From Candidatus Saccharimonadaceae bacterium (GTDB lineage: Bacteria > Patescibacteriota > Saccharimonadia > Saccharimonadales > Saccharimonadaceae), in NCBI GenBank assembly GCA_031548885.1, contig JAVBQO010000004.1, forward strand, positions 32,544-96,543: a DNA stretch of 64,000 nucleotides, read 5' to 3'. Under the pieces are notes generated by a model, which was not told the origin of the DNA, did not search any database, and worked only from the letters and a program-made list of their open reading frames with translations. The position numbers and the translations under genes are program-made. This document shows positions 40,302 to 49,079 of this stretch, piece after piece (position 1 is the stretch's first letter; every line of letters begins with the position of its first letter).

Positions 40302-41380
40302 TGGACCATACATACGGAGATTATTCAGATATAGTTTTGAGGCGTATAACGCTTTTGCCTCCGGGCGGACGCATGAAAGACTTGCCTCAAGAACTTTGGC
40401 ATAAAAGCTTTATTAGAACGGGCGAGAAAAAAACCGGCGGCCCAAATTTGAGATTGCTTCGCCTGGAGCACGACAAGCCGTCGAATACGATTACCGGGTT
40501 TGTTTTTAATAAGTTTGTACATCCAACAGAGAACAGGTACATTACGCCAAGAGAGGCCGCAAGGATTCAAGGTTTTCCTGACAGCTTTACGTTTAAGGGC
40601 CCCGTGACCTCAATACAGCTACAAATTGGCAATGCCGTTCCCGTAAACTTGGCTGACGCAATCGCCAACAGGGTATCCGAATATCTGAAAAAAAATGCAA
40701 AAACTTCTGCCAATCCCAAAGCGATCAGCTTATTCGCAGGAGCAGGCGGCCTTGATTTGGGCTTTCACAAGTATTTCGACGTTATATCCATAAATGAGTG
40801 CATCCCGGCATTTTGTGATACGCTTCGCGCAAATTTCGCTGACTCCAATATCGTTGAAGGTGACATTACGAAATTGAAAGGCGCAGACCTTGCGCTTGGC
40901 AACAAAATTGATGTTGTATATGGTGGTCCTCCGTGCCAAGCATTCAGTTCAGCAGGAAAGCAAAAAGGGATAGACGACCCAAGAGGAATGATGATCATGG
41001 AGCATATTCGCATAGTGAAAGAGACAAACCCCGAGGTTTTTGTTCTGGAAAACGTTCCTAATTTGAAAGCGATAGCGGGCGGCAAAATTTTAGAACAGGC
41101 ACTTGAACAAATGAATAAGATTGGTTACGCGACGGAATGGTATGTTCTTAACGCGGCAGACTACGGAGCCCCTCAAACACGAAGAAGACTCATAATTCTT
41201 GGTAGAAGAAAGAAATATAAAGAACCTATTAGCGCACCTCCAGTAACTCATACAAAAGAGCCTAGTTTGCTAGGGTTAAAGCCCTACGTCGGTGTGGGCG
41301 AGGCATTGGCCGGACTACCGAAAGCCATATCTCGGCAGGATATCAAGGTGCTGCAAAAACAGACGAAGCTATTGCAGTAA
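40301..41380 (+). CDS. DNA (cytosine-5)-methyltransferase with circularly permuted motif order
   Basis: Motifs IX/X (RYITPREAARIQGFPDSFTF, QIGNAVPVNLA; aa 79-118) precede motif I (SLFAGAGGLDLGF, aa 143), motif IV (GGPPCQAFS, aa 208), motif VI (ENVPNL, aa 250) and motif VIII (QTRRRLIILG, aa 292). Confidence 0.9.
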   Translation: MDHTYGDYSDIVLRRITLLPPGGRMKDLPQELWHKSFIRTGEKKTGGPNLRLLRLEHDKPSNTITGFVFNKFVHPTENRYITPREAARIQGFPDSFTFKGPVTSIQLQIGNAVPVNLADAIANRVSEYLKKNAKTSANPKAISLFAGAGGLDLGFHKYFDVISINECIPAFCDTLRANFADSNIVEGDITKLKGADLALGNKIDVVYGGPPCQAFSSAGKQKGIDDPRGMMIMEHIRIVKETNPEVFVLENVPNLKAIAGGKILEQALEQMNKIGYATEWYVLNAADYGAPQTRRRLIILGRRKKYKEPISAPPVTHTKEPSLLGLKPYVGVGEALAGLPKAISRQDIKVLQKQTKLLQ

Positions 41381-41394
41381 GCTAAAATTCTTGC

Positions 41395-41425
41395 CAAAAA
41401 AGCCGCCCGTTCGGGCGGTAATTTC
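41395..41425. terminator. Bidirectional intrinsic terminator
   Basis: CCGCCC-GTTC-GGGCGG hairpin (41403-18), flanked by an A-run and a T-rich run. Confidence 0.6.
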
Positions 41426-41441
41426 CGTAATTCTGCTAGTT

Positions 41442-41529
41442 TGGTGCGCACGAGAAGACTTGAACTTCCACGACCGTAATGGTCACTAGCCCCTCAAGCT
41501 AGCGCGTCTACCAATTCCGCCACGTGCGC
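41442..41529 (-). tRNA. tRNA-Leu (anticodon GAG), type II with long variable arm, CCA encoded
   Basis: Minus-strand cloverleaf read by hand: GCGCACG acceptor, GGAATTGGTAGAC D-arm, CTAGC-TTGAGGG-GCTAG anticodon arm, TTCAAGT T-loop. Confidence 0.9.
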
Positions 41530-41669
41530 AAAAACAATGATGAGAAGGTTCTCTGCTCCAAACTTCGTCGACTCGGAAATGAAAGTCGGTTTTCATTTGC
41601 TCGTTCCTTCGCTTGGCGGGCTGGTCCAGGGTGTTACCGCGCATGTCGGCATTTCGAACTTCAGAGGTT

Positions 41670-41746
41670 TGGTGGGTTCGAAGAGACTTGAACTCCCGAC
41701 CTCCTCAGTGTGAATGAGGCGCTCTAGCCAGCTGAGCTACGAACCC
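41670..41746 (-). tRNA. tRNA-Val (anticodon CAC), CCA encoded
   Basis: Minus strand: GGGTTCG acceptor, AGCTCAGCTGGCTAGAGC D-arm, CCTCA-TTCACAC-TGAGG anticodon arm, TTCAAGT T-loop. Confidence 0.9.
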
Positions 41747-41786
41747 ATGCCCGTTATTTTACCATATTGCCGGCGGTCACGAAACA

Positions 41787-42374
41787 TTATTTTCCGTAGC
41801 GGTGCTCGGCTTCGTCCCAGTTGACAACGTGCCACCAGGCTGCGACGTAATCGCCGCGATTGTATGTATAATCCAAATAGTAAGCGTGCTCCCACACATC
41901 CAGTCCCAGGATCGGCTCGCCGTATTCTAGCGGAATATCTTGATTTGGCGTCGTCACGATCGACAAGTCCGGCAAAAGCCAACACCAGCCGCTGCCGAAA
42001 ACCGCCAAACTTTTCGCGGAAAATTCATCAACAAAATTTTGAAAAGTTTCGTATTTCGTTATCAAGTCTGATTTTAGCTGGCCAGTCGGCTCGCCTTTGG
42101 CGTCCGGCGTCAGCCATTTCCAAAACTGCGTGTGATTGTAATGGCCGCCGCCGTGATTTCGCACAGCGGTTCGCACATTTTCCGGTATAGAATCTAGATC
42201 TCGCAATAAATCCGTTAGTTCACGGCCGCGCAGTTCCGGTGTCGAATCGATTGCGGCGTTCAGTTTGTCCACGTAAGTTTGGTGATGATGGTCGTGGTGT
42301 AATTTCATGATGTCGGCGCTGATGTATTTGCCCAGCGCCTCGTAATCGTAATCGAGTTTGGGTAGCGTGAACAT
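41787..42374 (-). CDS. sodA: Fe/Mn superoxide dismutase
   Basis: LPKLDYDYEALGKYISADIMKLHHDHHHQTYV and DVWEHAYYL motifs. AAGGAGGG Shine-Dalgarno. Confidence 0.93.
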   Translation of the reverse strand: MFTLPKLDYDYEALGKYISADIMKLHHDHHHQTYVDKLNAAIDSTPELRGRELTDLLRDLDSIPENVRTAVRNHGGGHYNHTQFWKWLTPDAKGEPTGQLKSDLITKYETFQNFVDEFSAKSLAVFGSGWCWLLPDLSIVTTPNQDIPLEYGEPILGLDVWEHAYYLDYTYNRGDYVAAWWHVVNWDEAEHRYGK

Positions 42375-42425
42375 GAGCCCTCCTTGGTTTACTTTTTATA
42401 TTTTAACGCAAACCAACAAAGATAT

Positions 42426-43229
42426 CTACGTCGACAGCGCAAAAATTGCACGCCGCGCTATTAGCTCCCGTTCAAGCTGTTTGCCCGCCGAGCCAGATGG
42501 CAGCATCAATCTGTTGTGCGGAATTGCCGATGGAATTTCCAAACCGCTGTCGAGCGCAACGTGATCAATCGTAGCATCAGGCGCATTTTCATCATCATAA
42601 AATCCCCGGAGTTGTTTCAGCGTGGAAATTTCAAAAGTATCCAAATCGGCCGTCGAAGACAAAAACGTCGTTTGTTCGTTGACGATGCCGGTCGACGGCA
42701 ACTCGTTGCGGCACCATCTGCACGGTGGTAGCGTCCGGCCCGCTTTGCCTGTTTCTTGATCGGCTTGATAATCAGCAACCAGCGCCATCAGTGCGACGTG
42801 GATATCCATATTTTTCGCAATTTCGCCGAAGCGATCTTTCATTCGTTCATGAATTCCGTGAACTGTTGCGAATTCGCCGTGATCGTCGATGCGTTTGCCG
42901 GATTTCGCAGTTTTCACATTTGCCCCAGCGGCTGCTAATGTGTAAGCGCCGCTTTCGTCTCTCAGCAAAGCCAAAGCGCAAGCCCCAACGCGGAACGGAT
43001 CCTCTCTGTACGACCACGCACACTCTTGTGCCAGGCTAGCACGAATCACGGCGTCGTATGCTTGTCTGGCAATGAAAAGCTGCTTACCCTCGGGCGTCTT
43101 GTCATCAAATCCGTTAAGGCGTTTGATGCGTCGATCCAATGCGGCGACGTTTGTAGTGCGCCCAAAACTCGCGGACCCGGTAACTTCGTTCCCCGCTAAA
43201 TCGTATGTTTTGTAGCTTTGTGGATTCAT
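42426..43229 (-). CDS. Divergent cytidine-deaminase-fold (CDA-like) protein with a C-terminal extension
   Basis: FRVGACALALL...GANV core strand, HGE (aa 117-119) and PPCRWCRNEL (aa 168-177), arranged like the H/CxE...PCxxC zinc site. The spacing is longer than in canonical Cdd. Confidence 0.45.
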   Translation of the reverse strand: MNPQSYKTYDLAGNEVTGSASFGRTTNVAALDRRIKRLNGFDDKTPEGKQLFIARQAYDAVIRASLAQECAWSYREDPFRVGACALALLRDESGAYTLAAAGANVKTAKSGKRIDDHGEFATVHGIHERMKDRFGEIAKNMDIHVALMALVADYQADQETGKAGRTLPPCRWCRNELPSTGIVNEQTTFLSSTADLDTFEISTLKQLRGFYDDENAPDATIDHVALDSGLEIPSAIPHNRLMLPSGSAGKQLERELIARRAIFALST

Positions 43230-43323
43230 CTTGTGATATTAAAACATATACTATAAATATTTACAATGTCTATATAGATGTGGTAGAATAAATACAAGTT
43301 TAAGCCAAGAAAGGCTATTTTTT

Positions 43324-45150
43324 ATGGAAAAGAACAAAATTCGCAACATTGCAATTATCGCGCACGTCGACCACGGCAAAACTACGATGGTCGACGGCCT
43401 GCTGAAACAATCCAACACATTTCGCGAAAACCAAGCTGAATTTTCGCAGGAACTGATTATGGACAGCGGCGACCAAGAGCACGAACGCGGCATCACGATC
43501 ACCGCAAAACAGACCAGCGTGTATCACGGCGATTACAAAATCAACATCATCGACACGCCGGGTCACGCCGATTTTTCGGGCGAAGTCGAGCGAACATTGA
43601 ACATGGCGGACGGCGTTTTGTTGATCGTTGATGCGCAGGAAGGGCCGATGCCGCAGACGAAATTTGTGTTGTCAAAGGCGTTGGAGTTGGGTTTGAAACC
43701 AATTGTTGTTATCAACAAAATCGACAAACCGGCGCGTCGTATCGAAGCTGTCGAAGACGAAGTCGCCAACCTGTTTCTGGAGCTGGCGATCGACGATTCG
43801 CAGTTGCATTATCCGGTTTATTTCGCGATTGGTCGCGACGGCAAAGCTTGGAAAGAATTGCCGGCTGACACGTCCGCGAATGCCGATTTGTCGCCGATTT
43901 TTGACGCGATTATCAGCGAAATTCCTGCGCCGACCGTCGACGAAAACGGCCCGCTGCAAATGCTGGTCACGTCGCTACAATACGACAATTTCCTGGGCAA
44001 ATATGCCATCGGTCGCATCACGCGCGGCATTGCGAAAAAATCCACACCGATCGTTTTAATCAAGCGCGACGGCACGCAAATCTCATCCAAAATCGACAAA
44101 ATTTTCACATATCGCGGCTTAGCCAAAGAAGAGGTCGAATCCGCAAATGCTGGCGACATCGTAGCGTTGACTGGAATTGCCGACGCGCATATCGGCGAAA
44201 CGATTGCGGATCGCGAAAACCCGGAAGCCTTACCCGTCATCGACGTCGAAGCGCCGACAATCAGCATGTATTTGGGGCCGAACACCAGCCCGATGAAAGG
44301 CCGCGAAGGCGATTTCACGACCTCGCGCCAAATCGGCGATCGATTGCGCCAGGAACTCGAAACGAACGTGGCGCTTCGCGTGGCCGAGGAGGGAATCGGC
44401 TTCATCATCAGCGGTCGCGGCGAATTGCATTTGTCGGTTTTGATCGAAACAATGCGCCGCGAAGGCTTCGAGTTCGAAGTTGGCCGCCCGCAAGTCGTTA
44501 CCATCGAATCCGAAGGTCAAACCATGGAACCAATCGAGGAATTATTGGTCGAAGTCGCGCCGGAATTTGTCGGCACGATTTCGCAGGAAATGGGCCTGCG
44601 CCACGGCGAATTATTGCACCAGGAAAACACAACGCAGGGCGCGGCGCGTATGTCGTACAAAATTACGACGCGTGCATTGATTGGCCTCAGAAACAAATTG
44701 CTAACAGAGACGCGCGGCACGGTAATTATGCACAGCTTGCCGGCCGGTTATCAACCGATTGGCACGAAATTCCAAACCACACGCAGCGGCGCATTGATCG
44801 CGTTTGAACCTGGCATGACAACGCCGTACGCGTTGGAAACGGCCGAATCACGCGGCGAATTATTCGTTGGCCCAGGCGTCGAAGTCTATGCCGGTATGAT
44901 TGTTGGCGAAAACTCGCGTTCAGAGGATTTGGAAATCAACGTCTGCAAGGCAAAGCACTTGACCAACATGCGGTCGAAATCGTCGGATGGCACGACGCAG
45001 TTGACGCCGTTTACCGATTTGTCGTTGGAGCAATCGATTGATTTCCTGAATGACGACGAATTGCTAGAAGTCACGCCGAAAAATCTGCGCCTGCGAAAAC
45101 GATTTTTGGATCCAACTCAGCGAAAACGCGCTGCGAAAAATACTGTATAA
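43324..45150 (+). CDS. typA: Translational GTPase TypA/BipA
   Basis: IRNIAIIAHVDHGKTT, DTPGHADF and NKID motifs. EF-G-like domains without domain IV. Confidence 0.93.
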   Translation: MEKNKIRNIAIIAHVDHGKTTMVDGLLKQSNTFRENQAEFSQELIMDSGDQEHERGITITAKQTSVYHGDYKINIIDTPGHADFSGEVERTLNMADGVLLIVDAQEGPMPQTKFVLSKALELGLKPIVVINKIDKPARRIEAVEDEVANLFLELAIDDSQLHYPVYFAIGRDGKAWKELPADTSANADLSPIFDAIISEIPAPTVDENGPLQMLVTSLQYDNFLGKYAIGRITRGIAKKSTPIVLIKRDGTQISSKIDKIFTYRGLAKEEVESANAGDIVALTGIADAHIGETIADRENPEALPVIDVEAPTISMYLGPNTSPMKGREGDFTTSRQIGDRLRQELETNVALRVAEEGIGFIISGRGELHLSVLIETMRREGFEFEVGRPQVVTIESEGQTMEPIEELLVEVAPEFVGTISQEMGLRHGELLHQENTTQGAARMSYKITTRALIGLRNKLLTETRGTVIMHSLPAGYQPIGTKFQTTRSGALIAFEPGMTTPYALETAESRGELFVGPGVEVYAGMIVGENSRSEDLEINVCKAKHLTNMRSKSSDGTTQLTPFTDLSLEQSIDFLNDDELLEVTPKNLRLRKRFLDPTQRKRAAKNTV

Positions 45151-45159
45151 TAGACGATT

Positions 45160-45909
45160 ATGCAGACGTTTTGGTTGATGATTTTGCTGGTTGCGTTGGG
45201 TAGCGTCGTGTCGCTAATCGGTGGCATATATTTGCTATATGGCAAACGCGGCGCCAAAAAACTGCAGGCCATTTCGATTCCGCTGGCCGCCGGCGCATTG
45301 CTGGCCGCGGCGTTTTTGGATCTGTTGCCAGAGGCGTCGGAGCAGATGGATATGCATGTGGTTTTGCTAATCGCGTTCGTCGCTTTTTTGGCGTTTTATT
45401 TGTTTGACCGATTTTTGTCGGGCGGACATCATCACGATCACAGCCGCGAACCATCGAAGAACCACGGGAATTCGGCGTTGATCGTCATCGGCGACGTGAC
45501 GCATAATTTTGTCGATGGCTTGGCGCTTGGTGCGGCGTTCCTGAGCGGAGGTGGCGTTGGTTTGGTAACGACGCTGGCTGTGACGGCGCATGAAATTCCG
45601 CGCGAAATCGGCGATTTCGGATTGCTGCTGAAAAAGAAAATGGCCAAGAAGCGAATCGTCGCGGTCAACTTACTCGGTGCGGCGGCGTCCGTTGTCGGCG
45701 CAGTCGTGTTGTTTGCGTTTGGCGACGGGTGGCCGTTTTTGGCTCCGATACTTCTGTCGGCAACGGCGGGATTTTTTATTTATATTGCGGCCAGCGATAT
45801 TATTCCATCTCTGACGAAATCGGAGCGCGACGTCAAAAACCCACTATATTTGGTAATTGGTGCGGTCGTCGTTGGCCTGCTTATATTCGCGGTTCACAGT
45901 ATCGAATAA
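45160..45909 (+). CDS. ZIP-family divalent metal transporter (ZupT-like)
   Basis: Multi-pass protein with a His-rich loop GGHHHDH and the HEIPREIGDFGLL signature. Confidence 0.88.
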   Translation: MQTFWLMILLVALGSVVSLIGGIYLLYGKRGAKKLQAISIPLAAGALLAAAFLDLLPEASEQMDMHVVLLIAFVAFLAFYLFDRFLSGGHHHDHSREPSKNHGNSALIVIGDVTHNFVDGLALGAAFLSGGGVGLVTTLAVTAHEIPREIGDFGLLLKKKMAKKRIVAVNLLGAAASVVGAVVLFAFGDGWPFLAPILLSATAGFFIYIAASDIIPSLTKSERDVKNPLYLVIGAVVVGLLIFAVHSIE

Positions 45910-45970
45910 CAGCGTTGTTTCACAAAACACAACGTTTGATTCATAGCCACAAGCGGTATAAACTAGTGTC

Positions 45971-47518
45971 ATGCTGAATGGAAAAATCAAACTTCCGAAT
46001 CCGTTTCCGTACCCAAGCAAATTGTTGGGAACGCATGCTGGCCCAGAGGATATTTTGGCCGATTTGTTCGAGCGCGTGCAAAATCAGCGCACGTTTGCTG
46101 ACGGCAAAACGATTGTCGATTTGGTGCCAGCGCGGCGACTTCGCAAAATAAAGCAGGAATACGAATTGCAAAGCCGCGATCCGAATTTCGATCTGCCGGA
46201 ATTTATTAGTCGACATTTCTACGAGTTTAGCGATGAAAAATCCGCGTACAAAACCAAATTGGGGCAAACGCCAGCCGAACACATTGATGAGCTGTGGGAT
46301 GTGTTGACGCGTCGGACGGACAAAACACACGGCTCGTTGATTGCGTTGCCGCATCCGTATGTCGTGCCGGGCGGGCGGTTCAATGAGCAGTTTTATTGGG
46401 ATTCTTATTTTATTATGCTGGGTTTGGCGGCGGCCGGTCGCTGGGAAATGATCAGAGGAATGGTTGATAATTATGCCTATATGCTGCGAAAGTTCGGCCA
46501 TATTCCGACGGCCAACCGGACGTATTTTTTGTCGCGCTCGCAGCCGCCGTATTTGTCGCGAATGCTGCAGATTTTGGCGGCGCATTATGGCGGCGCGATT
46601 TATGCGCACTATTTGCCGGTCATGATCGCCGAATATCGGTTTTGGATGCGCGGCGAAAATCGTTTGGACGATACGGTTCGCGCGCATCGCCGTGTGGTGC
46701 GTTTGCCGGGCGGCGAAATTTTGAATCGGTATTTTGACGCCAATGTTACGCCGCGGCCGGAATCGCTCCGCGAGGACATCAACACGGCGCACGCGTCGGA
46801 TGATTTGCCGGCCAAGACTTTTTTGGATTTGCGGGCCGCCGCGGAAAGTGGCTGGGATTTTAGTTCGCGCTGGCTTGACAATCCGAACGATTTGTCGACG
46901 ATTCGCACGACCGACATTATCCCGGTGGATCTGAACTGTTTGCTGTATGATCTGGAAAAGTTGATCGGCAAAACGTACCGGAAACTGCGCCAAAATAATT
47001 TGGCCGACAAATTCCAGGCCGCCGCCGAGCGCCGCGCCGCCGCCATCGAGCGCTATTGTTGGCATCATGACGATGGGTTTTATTATGATTATGATTTCGC
47101 GAACTTTTCGCAAACGTATCGCAAGTCATTGGCGGCGGCACATCCGTTGTGGTCAGAAATCGCCAGTCCCGATCACGCCGAAAAAGTCGCCAACAGATTC
47201 GAGAGCGAGTTTTTGAAATCGGGCGGCTTGGTGACGACTTTGGCGGAAACGGGGCAACAATGGGACGCGCCGAACGGCTGGGCACCGCTGCAGTGGGTGG
47301 CGATTCAGGGTTTGCGAAAAAACGGTTTTGACGAATTGGCCAATCAAGTCAAAGATCGCTGGCTAAAAACCAACATCGAAGTCTACAATCGCACCGGCAA
47401 AATGGTCGAAAAATACAACGTGGCCGATCCGGCGATGCTGGGCGGCGGCGGCGAATATCCGTTGCAGGACGGATTTGGGTGGACGAATGGGGTTTTGCGG
47501 GCTTTGCTCGACGATTAA
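45971..47518 (+). CDS. treA: Alpha,alpha-trehalase (GH37)
   Basis: PGGRFNEQFYWDSYF and QWDAPNGWAPLQW trehalase signatures. Confidence 0.88.
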   Translation: MLNGKIKLPNPFPYPSKLLGTHAGPEDILADLFERVQNQRTFADGKTIVDLVPARRLRKIKQEYELQSRDPNFDLPEFISRHFYEFSDEKSAYKTKLGQTPAEHIDELWDVLTRRTDKTHGSLIALPHPYVVPGGRFNEQFYWDSYFIMLGLAAAGRWEMIRGMVDNYAYMLRKFGHIPTANRTYFLSRSQPPYLSRMLQILAAHYGGAIYAHYLPVMIAEYRFWMRGENRLDDTVRAHRRVVRLPGGEILNRYFDANVTPRPESLREDINTAHASDDLPAKTFLDLRAAAESGWDFSSRWLDNPNDLSTIRTTDIIPVDLNCLLYDLEKLIGKTYRKLRQNNLADKFQAAAERRAAAIERYCWHHDDGFYYDYDFANFSQTYRKSLAAAHPLWSEIASPDHAEKVANRFESEFLKSGGLVTTLAETGQQWDAPNGWAPLQWVAIQGLRKNGFDELANQVKDRWLKTNIEVYNRTGKMVEKYNVADPAMLGGGGEYPLQDGFGWTNGVLRALLDD

Positions 47519-48432
47519 AATATTGTCGATATGTCGTTTTGTAGCACAACTTTATTCCTCTTGAAGGAAATCATTGACTTGGATAAAACTTCTGTAATGT
47601 TTTCCGCTGTCGCAATTTGTCTCCATCCGGGTTTTCCGATAACGGATCCAGTGTTGGCGTAGATTTCTTCAGTTAAACGAACAGGAATATTCTCGGTTGC
47701 AAGTTGCTTGGATAGGCGGTCAAAGGCTGATTCATCCATCATATATTTGATCAAATCTATCGCGTGGTCAGCTTCATCAGTCAATTTAGGTATGTGTTTG
47801 CGAAATATTCGAAACGTACTCTTTGTTTGTGAGAACGTTCGACTTCCCCCGGACGAATAGCATGAATAGCGTGACGCAATATCTTCGTCAATGTTTGCCA
47901 TGATCGTGCGCGATAGAATGTTGAATAGCGGCAAGAGCTTTATGCTATCGTCTACAAATTTCTTGTCAATGAATATTTTTGCAGAAAAGTTATCGAATTC
48001 TGTTTTGTCAACCTGCGAGAGAACTAGCGCCACGTTGGCGTATCTTTCCAGGCGAACCGGCTTTACTTTACTTGTCTCAAACCACGGAGTTTGGTTTAAT
48101 ATCTGTAGCATCTGTGAAATAGCATTTTTGTTGAGCTCGTATAGGCCAGCTTGTTTCTCGGCGAGGATCTGCAAAACGCCGCTCTCTATATCGTTCGCAT
48201 CGATCTTGGTTGAGTGAATAATATCCAAGATTTGATTTTTCGCAGACTTATTCCATATCTCAATCTCGATAAATAGTAAACCGCGACCATATGTGCGGCC
48301 GCTGATCGTGTAGTCGACGAATGCAAAGAGGCGGCTCTCGCGAAGTTTTTCGATTGCGGCATCGATGAACATGTGTTCGTACAGGTGGCTGCAATTTGAT
48401 TCGGGCGATGCTTTTGCGAATAAGTATTCCAT
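47515..48432 (-). CDS. Hypothetical protein with an M16 (pitrilysin/insulinase)-like HxxEH motif
   Basis: SHLYEHMF near the N-terminus. About 305 aa and AT-rich. TACAAT lies 6 nt before the ATG at 48432. The ORF-track start at 48507 would run through a 15-bp hairpin, so I reject it. Confidence 0.5.
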   Translation of the reverse strand: MEYLFAKASPESNCSHLYEHMFIDAAIEKLRESRLFAFVDYTISGRTYGRGLLFIEIEIWNKSAKNQILDIIHSTKIDANDIESGVLQILAEKQAGLYELNKNAISQMLQILNQTPWFETSKVKPVRLERYANVALVLSQVDKTEFDNFSAKIFIDKKFVDDSIKLLPLFNILSRTIMANIDEDIASRYSCYSSGGSRTFSQTKSTFRIFRKHIPKLTDEADHAIDLIKYMMDESAFDRLSKQLATENIPVRLTEEIYANTGSVIGKPGWRQIATAENITEVLSKSMISFKRNKVVLQNDISTIF

Positions 48433-48449
48433 ATTGTCATTGTATCGTG

Positions 48450-48485
48450 CATATGTGCGCTCGCAAAGCCGCGAGCGCACATATG
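48450..48485 (-). terminator. 15-bp perfect hairpin between the small basic ORF and the HxxEH-motif gene
   Basis: CATATGTGCGCTCGC (48450-64), loop AAAGCC, GCGAGCGCACATATG (48471-85). There is no clear U-tract. Confidence 0.5.
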
Positions 48486-48500
48486 CTTCTGTTGGTTCGG

Positions 48501-48725
48501 CTACCAACTACGACGGCTGTGGGTATTCTTACCCTTGGTGTCGTGCACCTTGCGGGTGTCGATTCCCTTGGCCCTCCTCGGCGTCTTCTGGAGAGCTGCC
48601 TCGAGTGGCGTTCGATAGGTACTGCGCTTGCCTCCTGACCCTTGGATCTTCGCCTTCTTGCCGGAACCCTTGTATGCCACGATAATTCTCCAATCACTCG
48701 TGGCGACTTCTCGGAAATGCTCCAT
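48501..48725 (-). CDS. Small, very basic hypothetical protein in a high-GC island
   Basis: 74-77 aa (alternative start at 48734). All Lys codons are AAG and GC3 is high. Own promoter TTGACA-N17-TATATA. Confidence 0.45.
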   Translation of the reverse strand: MEHFREVATSDWRIIVAYKGSGKKAKIQGSGGKRSTYRTPLEAALQKTPRRAKGIDTRKVHDTKGKNTHSRRSW

Positions 48726-48756
48726 GATAAGCATCTCGACAACGATAAAGTCAATA

Positions 48757-48785
48757 TATATATCAATTCTAAGCTGTTCTGTCAA
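48757..48785 (-). promoter_or_regulatory. Sigma70-like promoter for the small basic ORF
   Basis: On the minus strand: TTGACA (48785-80), 17-nt spacer, TATATA (48762-57). Confidence 0.5.
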
Positions 48786-48800
48786 GCCACCTCGCAAAAG

Positions 48801-48829
48801 AAGAACCGCCTCTCTCGCGGGCGGTTCTT
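48801..48829 (-). terminator. Intrinsic terminator downstream of the gpmA operon
   Basis: AAGAACCGCC / GGCGGTTCTT 10-bp stem, followed on the minus strand by CTTCTTTTG. Confidence 0.55.
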
Positions 48830-49079
48830 GATGTGCTCGGGCTAGCCGGCATCACTGTTTTGACTTGAGGTCGCTCGGTTAGCCTTCGTAGCGGACGTAG
48901 ATTTTTTTCGATTTCATCTCGCATGATTTCCTGTTTAGGTGGTGTTTGTTTTCGTTCGCGGCGGTTGGTTTTTGCCAAACTTTCGCGATCGAATGTTTAC
49001 ATATTAGCATAAGCGTAATAGAAAGTCAAGACTCTTCGCAATAAAAATTAGATTTTATCAATCTCGTCGCTGTTAAAAA

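Larger units (their letters stand above)
38772..41441. mobile_element. Genomic islet carrying a type II restriction-modification system, abutting the 3' end of tRNA-Leu(GAG)
   Basis: Lower GC and a different codon style. No copies of the octamer that saturates native DNA. SD-led genes. Adjacent to a tRNA 3' end. I found no integrase and no clear direct repeats. Confidence 0.5.

Noticed and set aside
41530-41669. The 140-nt spacer between tRNA-Leu and tRNA-Val as a possible small SRP (4.5S) RNA. The minus strand contains CCAAGCGAAGGAACGAGCA and an AAATGAAA/TTTCATTT hairpin.
   Set aside because: The resemblance to the SRP domain IV consensus (GGAAGGAAGCAGC with a GNAR loop) is partial. I could not build the long closing helix. 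It is more likely processed tRNA-operon spacer. cmscan would settle it.
48433-48507. ORF-track 5' extension of the HxxEH gene (MVAEPTEAYVRSRLCERTYARYNDN).
   Set aside because: The extension is the translation of a perfect 15-bp hairpin and of the GC-rich island's tail. A TACAAT box lies 6 nt before the internal ATG at 48432.
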